64,000 bases of DNA from the NCBI GenBank assembly GCA_051362555.1, contig CM120645.1, forward strand, positions 5,580,001 to 5,644,000, read 5' to 3'. Below are positions 27,501 through 39,652 of this stretch, piece after piece. Position 1 is the first letter of the stretch. Every line of letters starts with the position of its first letter. Source of the DNA: Lingula anatina. Lineage: Eukaryota; Animalia; Brachiopoda. The notes under the pieces were generated by a model that made no database searches, was not told the origin of the DNA, and was given only the letters and a program-made list of their open reading frames with translations. Made by a program: the position numbers and the translations under genes.

Positions 27501-28545
27501 TTACAGTAATTCACCTTCTGGTGCTGAGGGGGGAGGGTCAAGTGGGGGGAGGGGTCAATTATCTTTCTAAACAATATGGATAGCCACACATAGTTTTCTT
27601 ACCTAGTGCAGGTGGGGTCAAAGGACAGAGTCCAAGGGCCCCGCCAGGAGGGCTTGTGGTCATCTTCAGAAACTGCTCCTGCCGACTGGTGACCTTGTTG
27701 ACTGAAACCTTCTGCTCAGGGTTTCCAGGGTGTTCTGGGGGGATAGTATTCCTCGAACTGGTGTTACTATTAATATTATTATTCAAAATGTTGTTGTTAT
27801 TATTATTATTATTATTGATATCAATATTCTTGTTCAGCTGAACAGGTGAGCTCCTATTTAGTGGTAGCTGTCTCAGTGTACCCCATAAAGCTGTAGACAA
27901 GTTGACAGAGAGTGGCTTTTGTTGTTGTTGCTGATTTAAGTTTGTCCTTTGATCACCCTGGTCATGTAACAGTGTCATGTTTTTCACCACTGTTGATATT
28001 ACTGTATCTAAGTTTGTATTTTTCACCAATGAAGGGCTTATATCCTTGTTTCTGTCGACTTCTACTGAGCTAGAGCTTAATTTGCTTGGGTCTTTCACAT
28101 CCACTGCTTGTTTTTTAATCTCTTCATCCCTCTTGATGTCTTTTCCTAAATCGGAGTGGTGTTCGTGAATTCTCACTCCAGCTCTATGCTGATTTTCCAT
28201 ATGTTCAGGATCATCAAGTTTTACATCAACAACATCTGCATTTATATCCATCTTTTTAGTACTTTTACTAGTACTGGGGCCACTAGAATTATATCTGGCA
28301 GCCAATGAAACCTGCCCATCCACCTGTTGTTGGAGGGGGTCATTTTGAACCAAGCCATCTCCCTGGTGTAACGTTGACCCCTCTGTCTCTGTTGACAAGG
28401 GGTCTATTCCTTTAGGTTTCCGAGAGAGATAATTCTGCATAGAATGGATGACCAGGACTTGGACTAGAGTGATGCACAGAATTGCTAAGATGAGAGCCGG
28501 TAGCCGACGTCGACTTTTCACCAACCTAAATATATTGGCCAGCAT
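12505..28545 (-). CDS. GT7-family beta-1,4-galactosyltransferase / beta-1,4-N-acetylgalactosaminyltransferase (B4GALT/bre-4-like), 6 coding exons, ~635 aa
   Basis: Exons 28545-27603, 16282-16047, 15652-15465, 15194-15072, 14531-14427, 12817-12505 are all GT-AG with consistent phases (1,0,2,2,2). Motifs: N-terminal TM, long stem, CP..P.LVG, GG.WSPLNC, IIIPYRDR..HL, FNKG, DCVIFHDIDML (DxD), LPY..LVGGV, NGYSNNYWGWGGEDDD, GRYTMISH, DGLNS. Confidence 0.93.
13301..13515. mobile_element. MITE family A copy 1 (PIF/Harbinger-like, 3-bp TSD)
   Basis: Ends GGCTGTATTCCCAGAG..TAGATCGATCTA and TAGATCGATCTAATCTCTGGAAATGGGGTC, flanked by TAG/TAG. The internal sequence matches 22221-22433 and 43837-44061 in reverse orientation. 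Confidence 0.85.
13730..13912 (+). mobile_element. 5'-truncated 3' tail of the same L2/CR1-type LINE family
   Basis: TTTTATGGATTTTAGACTTGAAATAAATATATTATTATTATT matches the tail at 1175-1220 (TTTTTATATGGATTTTAGACTATAAATAATATTATT...). Confidence 0.55.
17477..17584. promoter_or_regulatory. Pair of perfect CRE/ATF palindromes (TGACGTCA) in GT7 intron 1
   Basis: TGACGTCA at 17477-17484 and 17577-17584, plus TGACGT at 17519. Function is unproven. Confidence 0.3.
21679..21836. mobile_element. MITE family B copy 1 (CAGGCCCGT termini, 5-bp TSD; hAT5-like)
   Basis: CAGGCCCGTAGCCAG...CTGGAAACGGGCCTG is flanked by AAGAA/AAGAA. The internal sequence is shared with 34387-34561. Confidence 0.85.
22221..22433. 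mobile_element. MITE family A copy 2
   Basis: GACCCCATTCCCAGAGATTAGATCGATC...GATCGATCTAAAATCTATGGGAATGCACCC, flanked by TTA/TTA. Confidence 0.85.
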
Positions 28546-30767
28546 TTTACACCGCTGGTCCCCACCGGCCTCTTCTTCTAACGGCTCCCGAATTCCACTA
28601 CGGATATTTACGATAATCCTTAACGCGCTCTCGCCGTTTCTTTTACAAGCCTTTGCTCATCCTGGATTCCCTTCACAACCGTGTACTACCCACGAAGATG
28701 GAAATAAATTGCGCACAATGTCTATTTACATCTGATCAACGGCCCACTTAGCAGGGCACTAGAGATATGTGAACAACAACCAGTCAAACCCGCATTAAAC
28801 ACGCACTACCGATTATATATTACTCGAGAGAATTTCACCTGTGTAAAATGGCTTCGCCAGGTGAAAATTTCACCGGCCGACTGTTCTCACGTCCTTCTGT
28901 GTCAATATTAAGATTCAATCTCACGTATTTAGGTGAATACTCAGTATCAAGGTATACAGATGTGTAATCAGCGCGGTACGTCCCTGTTCTCTATTCCTTT
29001 ACGTGTTCGTCTCGCCACGCTCTCGTTTGAACGGTTGACACACAACAAACGAAGAATAATCCTCGGTAGCTGTTACCTGTGGCGGAGTACAGGTTCTCCT
29101 CGATTATACCTTTCTACAGCGTTTACCTGTCTATAGTCCACATCCTGGTGATTCCTATTAATATCAGGGAGTGCCTTTTCTCTTACTAATACTTTTATGA
29201 ATCAGGTGGTAGCCATAGTATATATTACAGTCTAGTTGAATATATAGGGGGCGCGTTGAGCGCGAGTACCCGGATGACCGTATGTTGTCATAATGAAAAG
29301 CAGTCGCTGAATAATAAAAGTACTGGTTACCGTGTACATAATGGGGAGGGCAGGAGCGATGTCGGATCAAGGGGAGGGGCACTGTAGACCCGTGTGCTCT
29401 CCCTCAGCTTCCGAAGCAGCAAGCAGCCCGTGTAACGAGCGATAAAACCAAACCATTTTAAATTTCTGTGCCCTAAATATACTAGTGCTTACAGTGTAGG
29501 GCCTACTGGTGGGCTATAGGCCAGAGGGATTGTTTTCGTCTCCTGCTTTAAATTTGCCTTGATAAAAGACCCTCCCCACCCCCCCACCCCCACCCCCCCC
29601 ACCCCCCCAAAAAAAAGCATTTATCAGCCACTGCATGATTAGGTTTATTTTATTATTATTATTTCTTATTTATTTATCTTATTTAAATTATCTTTTTCAG
29701 CCTTTCTTTCTATTTTCTTCATTATTGGTGGGGGGGGGGGGGGGGGGGGGGGAGGGAATGGTTAATGTCGAAAACTTTATCAAATTCCTTTATCATACAA
29801 TTAGTACGCCATAATTTACGTAGTTTCTATTTATTTATTCACATCTTTGGTAATGCATCATGTAGTCAGTGAAATCCTAAACCCTGCGTATACCAGTGAA
29901 GACATCTGACACTTTTTAACTCAGGCAAAATTTTTTACCATCACCCAAGCCTAAATTTTGCACCAATATAAGTTTCACGACTTTAAACTTGGAAAAATTA
30001 CAATAATTGAATATTCAAATTAACACTGGTGTGTTTACGTTTGAAGTGAAATAACGTCTAACAGCAAATTCAAGTAAACAAAAGGAAGCAAAATTGTGGT
30101 GACTTTCAGAAAGGGAATAAAATCCCTGTACCATAAAATTACATGATAAGCTCTCTCAAATGGGCTTCACTTTGGCTATATAATCCACAAACTGTCCCTC
30201 GGGGACGAATTCCCTGTATAGCACCTGGTGCCCTGTTAACAACGAGCGGTATAATTTAGCGATACATTCTGTGCCGGGTAAGTTAATAAATAAAGTGGTG
30301 TGCGACGCGAAGACTCCGTTTATGTGACTCTCTCATATTATAAATAGCCGTTTCCCCTTTATCTTTGCATAGTTATAAAACATCAGATAATCCACGCCCA
30401 AGAAAGTCTTGGGTTATAAAGCTATTACGACCTCAAAAAGTGACAAAGTGACAGCCTGTAACAAGGTGTGAAAAGAGCCCAGTGTTCAGTGCTTAAAGGG
30501 CGGTGCCCCTCGAATACTGAAAGTTGTTTGCATTGCCTTATAAATCGTCAGCAGTGTTCAGGGAGTAAATAATAAAAGCAAATATTGTGCCAAACAAACT
30601 GTGTCGCACCGCTCTAGTTGGCAGCCCAGTCTTAAATGGACCGCGCAGGTGAGAGCGTCTCACAGGACGGGGACCCGAATTTGAGACACGTCTTTCAAAG
30701 AGAACTTAAAAGTGCATGCGTATGTAGTAGCATTACAAGCGAGGGCTAGGATTAGGTGTAAAATGCT

Positions 30768-30769
30768 AT

Positions 30770-30812
<43 letters not shown>

Positions 30813-30846
30813 TTTTTTTATTCTTTTTTCTTTTTTTTTTTTTTTT
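30768..30846. repeat. (TTTA)n microsatellite plus poly-T
   Basis: Visible directly in the sequence. Confidence 0.85.
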
Positions 30847-32303
30847 GCTTTTTTTACGCCAAAGATGTACCATCTTAATAGTCATTTAGCGTAAAAATGC
30901 GAAATTTATTCCTTTATCAAAGACGACTGTAAAGTTTAAATTCCATAAAAACAGAAATGACTGAAATTCGTAGACATAGGTGTAGGAAGGGGGGGGGGAG
31001 GGGCAGGCTATAACGTAAGGGAGTAACCTAAACGGAGTCCCCGCGCTCGACAAAGGTCAGTTATAACCGTATTAATTGGATTGGTTTCGAACAGATGAAT
31101 CAAATCGTGAAAGGAAGTACTCCCCTACTTGGTAGATCGCTGATGTTTTTTTACTTTCAATATCAGTTTTGCGTGCGTCAGGATCATGAGGTATTAATTT
31201 GGCATTCTTGTCTGAGTCACTGGTGTGACATGCCGCCTGACTCCGTCAGTTGAGATCATCGCAATCGGGTCCAAAGGCTATAACATATAAAAAACTGACT
31301 GCCATGTATGTTTAAAACCACGATAGAGTGCAAATCATGAAAAGTTTAGAATTTGCAGATTATGTCTCATAGTGACATCACCAGACGTTGTTACAGCCTG
31401 GAATTAAATCTCTAGGATTCGATCGCATCGGGTTCGTTTTTGAAGTCTTCGTCTTTCTTGCTACCCATACGTCAGGTTTATTATATTCGATTAAGGTGTG
31501 ACCGGTTCAAAACGCGTCTATAGGTCCGTCAGTAGGCCTGATAAACTATTAGTTAGACAAGGCTCCTGCTAGTGGTAGGTAAGGGAAGTTTTGTCGTTTG
31601 GTCTTTTTTATGTAAAGACAAGGAGAACGCTCAATATAATATGTGCATAACTTGGTTTCTTCGTCTCAAATATGAACATAAGATGTGAAACAGGTGCTCA
31701 GCTATTGTCCCTCTCGGTCTGATATCCATCGGAAGATACCGAAATATACAGTTGAAGTCAACGCACATACTATTTGCGTTTATTTCTCTTTACATACAAA
31801 AAAAAAAAAAAAAAAAGTCAAAATGTCAATTCTCATCTACCACTTGGGATTTTTCCGTTCCACCCTCTTGATAGAGGGCTTGTAATGTACTGAGATGTCC
31901 AGGTCTTCTGAGACCGCTACGATACGATTAGCAGATTAGGTCACATTAGCAATGACTCAGGAGTATTACTCTGATAGATAAATAGGAGTGCGATCGAAAA
32001 CCAATATGCACTGTCAATCTGTCTATTTATCTACCTATATATATCTATCTATGTAAAGTACTGCCAACCTCGATGGGTCAATCTTGATCAGCGTAGCATC
32101 GAAAATCGGAGTTACCCCCTTTCTGCCTCCTAAAAATCGGCATCACAAGCCAAACGAAACCAAACCAGCAGTTTTCCACCCCTGGCTTTCTGTATCACGA
32201 AGGAAATCCTTGTTATTTCCATAGATTTGTCTCACTTTTCGCTCGAAAATATGTTTTATTCTTGTATCCAGGATTGGCAAAAAATCACAACATTAACACA
32301 TTT

Positions 32304-32575
32304 GAGCGCATTCAGACCAAGCTGATCCGCAGACTAACAGATCCGCGGATCAAATATGGCCGACCCACCTAAAAGCAATGGCGACTTATCCCCTGATGGT
32401 CTCCCCGCCTCCATACGCGCCGCCCCTGCAGGGGCCTTGGAATTAAACCACGGAGCCGGGGTTTAATCCGTTTATTTGCGCGTGTGGAGGCGGGGAGACC
32501 ATCAGGGATTAGACGGGTTGCTTTAAAGAGGGGTCGGCTATAGTTTGTCTGCGGAGCATCTGTTCTAAATGCGAC
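32304..32575. mobile_element. Degenerate palindromic MITE
   Basis: GAGCGCATTCAGACCAAGCTGATCCGCAGACTAAC and GTTTGTCTGCGGAGCATCTGTTCTAAATGCGAC are inverted ends. Inner arms CCCTGATGGTCTCCCCGCCTCCA and TGGAGGCGGGGAGACCATCAGGG are a perfect inverted pair. Confidence 0.75.
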
Positions 32576-33091
32576 ATTTGGCGGATACCGGATCAGCAAA
32601 ATCCTGGATTCACCAGAACATAATGAAAATTTCAGACCAAGTTCCTAAGCATAGGAGAGAAAAGATTCACGACCCTCTTAGTCTATCTAAGGAATTGCAA
32701 ATTGTACCAAATCTTTACTTTCAGTATTGCATGTAAACGGTGTGTTAAGGTCTATCGCCAGCTTTTATGACATCCTCCACATTTTATAATAAGAATTAAG
32801 ACTGCTAACATTGTAACTAAAGCTCTCAACGTAGGCCCTTAGGTTATCATTGAGTAAATACATGAATGTCTATTTGATGTTATTGATATAAATCCCCTTT
32901 ACTCCATAAAGCGTAGGTCACACGTAGGGATAAGCCACACGGAGATGAGGGAATGTTAAACAAAATGGCAAATTCACACCCTGCCCCCCTGAAATTCAGA
33001 GGCTATAAAAGGAACATATCACATTAGCTTTACTGTAAAGATATAGAGAAGGCAATTTCAAACATTTTCTAGCCTGGAAGGTGCGTGTGTG

Positions 33092-33134
<43 letters not shown>

Positions 33135-33176
33135 GTTGAGTAAACAGAAAAAAGAAAAATGCCATTTCCTTATCTA

Positions 33177-33427
33177 GGGGTGCGTTCAGATAAACCCATC
33201 ATACAAGCTGGATCGATCGCGAGATTGTCCCTAAGTGCAATCACTGTAATTGGCCTAAATGTCTGACACGGCTCCTCGAATTCCTAGGGGGTAATTAACT
33301 AATTAACACGCTACTGAAGGAGGCGTGTCAGACAATTAAGCAGATTACACTGAATGCAATTAAGCGAGAATCCCCCCGCATAGTTGGATCGATCCAGCTG
33401 GTACGATGTTTGAATCTGAACGCGTTC
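33177..33427. mobile_element. Degenerate palindromic MITE (Harbinger-like ends)
   Basis: GGGGTGCGTTCAGAT..CATCATACAAGCTGGATCGATC and GATCGATCCAGCTGGTACGATG..ATCTGAACGCGTTC are inverted ends. Inner arms are TGTCTGACACG/CGTGTCAGACA. It follows a (GT)n tract at ~33082-33132. Confidence 0.7.
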
Positions 33428-34386
33428 TATAACTCGGAGTGATAGTAATGTATGGCAGTCCTAGGAATGGAAGTCCGGGGTCCCATATGATTAGTACAGT
33501 TTAGGGCTAGTTGGATTATAGGGTAATAAGTGTATGGGGCGAATGACACCTAAAGGCTACAGAGTTATGGGGAATGGACAATAGTGCAGACTACCATTGC
33601 TGTCATACCTGATCCACAATCAATGTTGGATTGTGATAGAGATGATCCAATTTGAAGGGACAGCATACAAACCTGGCATCGTCTAACATTTTAACGATCT
33701 TTATTTAGATCTAGAGGGTTGTAAATTTTGAATGAATATTTATTAATTACGTTACACCTAAATTGAATGGTGCAAGAGAATGTTTCACTGTTCTTTTTTC
33801 TTTCACTTTTTAGCGTTAAAAATGGACCTTTACTCCGACGTTTTCCTTTCAGGTTGACCACATACAATGTATTAGGACTTCTGGGGACAGAACTCACGCA
33901 CTGTCTCCTGTCTCACCTGTCACAATACAGTGTCACCACCACACGTTTTATTTACCTGTACTGCGACACTGTTCAAGTTAAAAGTAGGTCAACAGACGCC
34001 ATGACCGTATTCAAAACAGGTAGCTGAACACCAGTCGAACACAGAAGAGATTTTTTCACGAATATCAATATCAAGAGGGATACAGACCTAACACCTATAA
34101 AATGCAGGTAAGTATCATCATCATTTCTACAGTATGTTCAAGTATTTGCACAAATTATTCGAAAACGCAAGTGAGTGGCACTAGTTTAAAGTACTGACTC
34201 TTGTATTAGTGAGCCATTCACTGTGTTAACATAACAATAGCTTACATAAGAACCATGATGGGGTTTGTTAGTGCTCTCTTCGTCTTTGACTGTCTACCGA
34301 CGTCATGTATTACCCGTATCTCATCTGTCACGGTTTTAGTATTGATACCTAAAAGCACTATCCTGATACACGTACTCGGTCTATTC

Positions 34387-34561
34387 CAGGCCCGTAACCA
34401 GCAAATTCAAAAGGGGGGGTTCTTTTTCTGAATAAGTGGACCTTTTACAATGAAACTTATGTGTACCTACATAAAATTTTACCCAAAATGGACCTTTTCC
34501 TGAAAAAAGGGGCAGTTCTTTCGAACCCCCCGAACCCCCCCCCCTCCTGGCCACGGGCCTG
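34387..34561. mobile_element. MITE family B copy 2 (5-bp TSD)
   Basis: CAGGCCCGTAACCAG...CTGGCCACGGGCCTG, flanked by TATTC/TATTC. Confidence 0.85.
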
Positions 34562-35372
34562 TATTCCAACCTCTGTTATGTGCTAGTAGGAACATGTACA
34601 TGTACCTCGCATGCATGTCCGAAATCTGAGGCAAGAGCAGGGAGGGATAAGAAAATTAAGATGCCGTAGTGTTTGGGACAAATCTGCTTTACCAACTACA
34701 AAAAGCATGCTTTTATGGGGTTATGAGAGTGTCTTACCCCCTTGATGAAAGAGACTACTTCCATGCTAAGACCGGAGTGGGGTTTGATGAGCACCCCCTC
34801 CCCCAATATCCGCCTGGAGATCTAAGACCGTTCCAACCATCAGGTGTAGATTATTAGAAATTCAACACTGTATAGATAAGCTATTCCCACACCTGAGGAC
34901 TCCAACACATTTATGGTCCAAAAACGTCTAGAACTAGAACTGGTACTACCAAATCCCTTGAATGTCAACTTTAATAGTTTGAAGCATAACGCTTCAGACA
35001 TCAGGGGTGAAATCCCAGGGGTAAAAGGCAGGTGATGATGTCCACATTTACAAACGTCTAGTACATTTAAAATGTTTTATTCTTGTTTTGGTTGCTGAGA
35101 ATTTAATAGACGTATTACTATCACGAACGTATTGTCACAGGGCTTTATCAGACTATATGCTACAAATTAAATCTACTAGCTTAATGTTTTGCCTGGCAAT
35201 GTCATCCAAACCTTAGTTAGGTCGGATATCTGAACTTGTATAAAAAATAACCACTAAGCATCCTTTATTCCAGCATAGCGCCACACGTCATGACTCCGTG
35301 ACAAGCACGTGACAAACAGGATAAACGAGATTTGAGACAACACGGAGAAATATTCGCCTTGTTCAAGAGAGA

Positions 35373-37167
35373 ATGATGACTTCGCCTAGTAGTGTGAATC
35401 TTGCGCTTATATGGCTTCTCTGCTGTTTCACCACACAAGCGGTGAACAGGCCAGATAGAAGTAAGTTAAGGCTTAATTAGTAACCCTGAGTTTCAGGCTT
35501 AGATGGGAACCGTTCTATGAACCAATATGCGCGCGCTGTGTCTGTTTGGTGCTGAAATTCAGGGTAGCTAAGATGGCTCTAGTCAACCGCTTTATCTTCT
35601 GAAAATGTACTGTGTTTTGTCCTACACATCATTTTATACTATTTTATAGAAATACATTATTGTGTCGTTTTCTATTTATCGTAACAACATTAAATAAAAT
35701 TGTAATTCTAGGTTAATATCAATTTATAGCATTGTTGTAAAGGCATCTCCTAAACAGCAAAGATCTGCAGCAAGGTGTTTGATGGTGAAAACTAATCAAC
35801 ATTTCCTTTCAGCATTTTACATGGACAATTCACAACAACAGTGTGGAGACAGGGACTATTTTGTCTACAACGAGGTGAACACCGTCCAGCTGTGGAGTCC
35901 TGACAAAACCACAATCGTCCAGCGCACAAGCGCGGAGGAATGCGTACTTCGGTTTTCGGCGTTGCCGAATTCCCGCGTTCTTCGGGTGACGTTTCCGGAG
36001 ATAATGGACTTGCCGTGCAATATAGGAGTCACCCTGACTTTCTACGATGGAAATGGAGTGCAGACTGATATACTGGTAATGACATCATTCGGCCCATCTC
36101 GGGTGATTCCGTACCTAATTAACATAATTATATGCACGGAATGAGCAGTCCATATTGGATTTTCGATTCATGAATTAAAGAAAAATATAAATTCCTAATA
36201 ACGAATATAATCAAAGGAAAAAGGGTCAGTCCTCTCAGTTGGGTTATCTATTATCTATGTGTGCACTTTTTCTCGCCTTTTCCCCTTCACATTTTACTTC
36301 AAAAACACATTGAGTAACTTAAATTGCTTAAAATTGAAAGCATAAACTCGCAGTTTCATTTTATTGTTTTCTTATAATTAGGGGACGGGTCATTTTTGCA
36401 CACCTGATAATACACCATCTGAACCATGTTCTCAAAGTTACATATTTCACATTGAAAATTTCACGTTTTATCTTCATGTATCCAAGACCAAGCCCTCAAA
36501 CAAGCCGAATGTGTCAAATTGAATTTATCTTTCAGAAAACAATCTGTGGCAACTCAAAACCGCAAGATCTCCTGGCTACCGGTTCTCACCTGGCCGTCAA
36601 ACTGACCAAGATATCCGTACCTGCCACGGTGGACACCAAGTTCAAATTTCAAGTTGCTCAGTTGACAGATGACACTAATCCAGCAGTGGGACAATCGCCA
36701 TGTAAGTAGAAATCACATACACACACACACACACACACACAATAATAATAATATATGGAATGTAATATATGGGATGGGTAACACTAACAAAATATACAGA
36801 GCTTTACAAACTATGATTTTTATACGGAAAGAAAAAACGAAGGAAAACTGCTACTGGAGATACAGTATTAACCAAAAAGAATCCTTAACAACTAACACTG
36901 ACGAGGAACATACCTAGTTTAAAAAAACATTAGTCTAGGAAGAGTGGGTGTAAAAGAGTACATTTGTTTACCTTTTATTTGCAGTTTACATGGATAATCT
37001 AGAAAAAGAGTGCGACCAGACGTACACCCTCCAAACCGATGTGCAATACATGGTGCAGGCATGGGGTACCCAGGAGAGGACTAGACCGTAAGTATGATTT
37101 AAATAAATAAATAAATAAAGAACAAAATAAAGAAATAAATAGGAGAGGACTAGACTGTAAGTATAAT

Positions 37168-37198
<31 letters not shown>

Positions 37199-37224
37199 GG
37201 AGAGGACTAGACTGTAAGTATAAT

Positions 37225-37264
<40 letters not shown>

Positions 37265-39619
37265 ATAGGAGAGGACTAGACTGTAAGTATAATTTAAATA
37301 AATATATAAAGAATTAAATAAAAAATAAATAAATAGGAGAGGACTAGCCCGTAAGTACAGGTTAAATAAATAAATGAATAAATAAATAAATGAATAAATA
37401 AAACTTCTTCCAAAACGCTGACTTGCATAACAGATATCAACACATTTGCGTGTTAATATTTTCACACACGTCAAAGTAAAGTACACTGATATCAACATAT
37501 GAGCTTCTGTGATCTACTGAGAGTCCAAAAACCTTGTCATTTAGTTTACAAAATTAATATCAGACTGTTTTGAATTACACCACAGTTTTTATTTTCAGGG
37601 CTGGCGATAAATGCCAAATGTCTTTCAAGTCTATCTATGAAACCATGCAGCTTCGTGTTCACTTTACTCAGTTCATTTCCCCGTGTACGACAGGGCAGGC
37701 GGTGCTCTATTTCTACGACAGCCGGGACCAGACTGCAGAAATGGTGAGAAGGACATTTGACCCAACCCATCTCTATATCGGACCCTTAAGTGCCATGAAT
37801 TTGAAATATTACTTGAATCTGGCCTCTATCATCAGCAATTAAAACGAAAGTGGCTTGTTAATATAAGGGGACTCTAAAACGTATACAAAAACAATAGTTA
37901 GGCCTAATAAATAAATAAAATATGATTTTGAAGCAGTGGACACTTTGGCGAGAGTGCAATAACTGAGGTTGGTTTGAAGTAATCTTTGAAACCCAGTGTG
38001 GTCCTAGGATGAACTAAACTGAATAATCCTCAAGCATATTATTTTCCTTGAAAATATAAAAGAAAATGGGCATGTGTTTAAGAATATCCTTTTAACTGCA
38101 AAGTAAAATTTGTGCTCAGTCTCGCTATCAGTTAGCAGTAACCATATGACATTTTCTATGAAGGCCGTAATTGATATTTCAGAGACGTTATACGTGTAGA
38201 TCTCAAGTTCCAGCAGGAATCGTCACTTCCGGCCAGTATCTGACCGTGTTACTGGACCGCCGTGGTAGCACGGAGTTTGACTTCAGTTTTAACGTGTCTA
38301 TAGTGAACGAGGAGAGCACAATGGCCACACCCACTGCTTTACCGGGATTTGTGACGCGTGAGTGTCCACTAACTCGTATTTTAATTTGCCGCTGTTCATT
38401 AAGACAAAGATAAAGAATCTAGAACTTAAAAAGGACAAATGATAAGGTAAAAGTGACTGTTTTCTAGAGGTTTTCGCCAATGATTTTATGTTCCCCTTGA
38501 CAGTCTTTGAATATTTTTGTCAAATATTCTGAATTCATTTAATAATTAATTGCGTTATATTTTACACATTTCCTTTTCATTTCGCACAGATTATTTCAGT
38601 CGTCCATCTCACTGCGACACTAGAATCTCTCTCACTGCTGTAAGCCAGAACCACCTTCGTGCATGGGCGCCAGGTGCGAGGACTGATTCTCTGGCTCCTC
38701 AGGATTGCGTCATGACGTTTCACGCGCAGCCAGATCACGTGATCTACGTGCACTTTGAGGAGCTGAGCATGCCGTGTGACGGACGGCCGAAACTGACTTT
38801 TTATGACGGAGGGGATAAAAGCAAAGCGCTGGTGAGTTTGACAGAGAGAAACGCGGAGATATGTCTTGTGAAAATGTGTGAAAGGACTATGTGCCACGCA
38901 GTGATTTGGTATCAGAATAATGCTAAAGGAGAACACAAATTGCATACAGATATTCATATGCACGAAGATAGGCCTACATGAAGTTGTATGGACATTCTTG
39001 TAACTGATGCCGCTTGGAACGATATCTTAAAGGGATTGGAAAATAGTAATATGATGCTCAAAAGCGTATCGGCTGTTCAATTAAATATTCAATCGTTGTT
39101 TTCAAGTAGATTAAATCAATTACTGTACGTTGATAAAGTTAGATTACATCAACATGGCTTTATATTTAAATCTGTTTTGTTTTCAGATGGACATATTCTG
39201 CAGCTCAACGCCGCCTGAGGATTTCAGGACCACGCAGCAATACCTGACTGTACAGCTACAGCGACGGAACAACACGGCTCTCGACTTCGCTGTGCTTATT
39301 TCACAGGAGACCGCGGACACCGGTAAGCAACATAAATTTGCCATACAATATACTTCCAACTATAAACAGTTGAAATGGAAATTTTATTGCATGTGCTGGG
39401 AAGCAAAAGGCACAAGAAAATGAGGATATTTTTATCTTTATTTGTTAAAGAAATGTCTTACTGCTTTATTGTGAAGTCCCGTTTGCCACCATGGGCGCTT
39501 CGATCATCTAGCACTTATTGTGGAAATGATATGTATTGTGTCAAGTTTAGTTTTTTTCTATTCTTTTATCATCCCTCTATATACGTAGTGTCAAAATTTA
39601 TTTTGGTATGTGTGTTTGT

Positions 39620-39652
<33 letters not shown>

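Noticed and set aside
37073-37400. CRISPR-like appearance (constant ~25-bp repeat with variable spacers)
   Set aside because: The spacers are just (AAAT)n, the repeat is an exon/donor junction, the context is eukaryotic and there are no cas genes.
36986-37498. 170-aa minus-strand ORF with YLFIYLF repeats resembling a membrane protein
   Set aside because: It is a translation of the (TTTA)n-containing minisatellite, antisense to a CUB gene intron.
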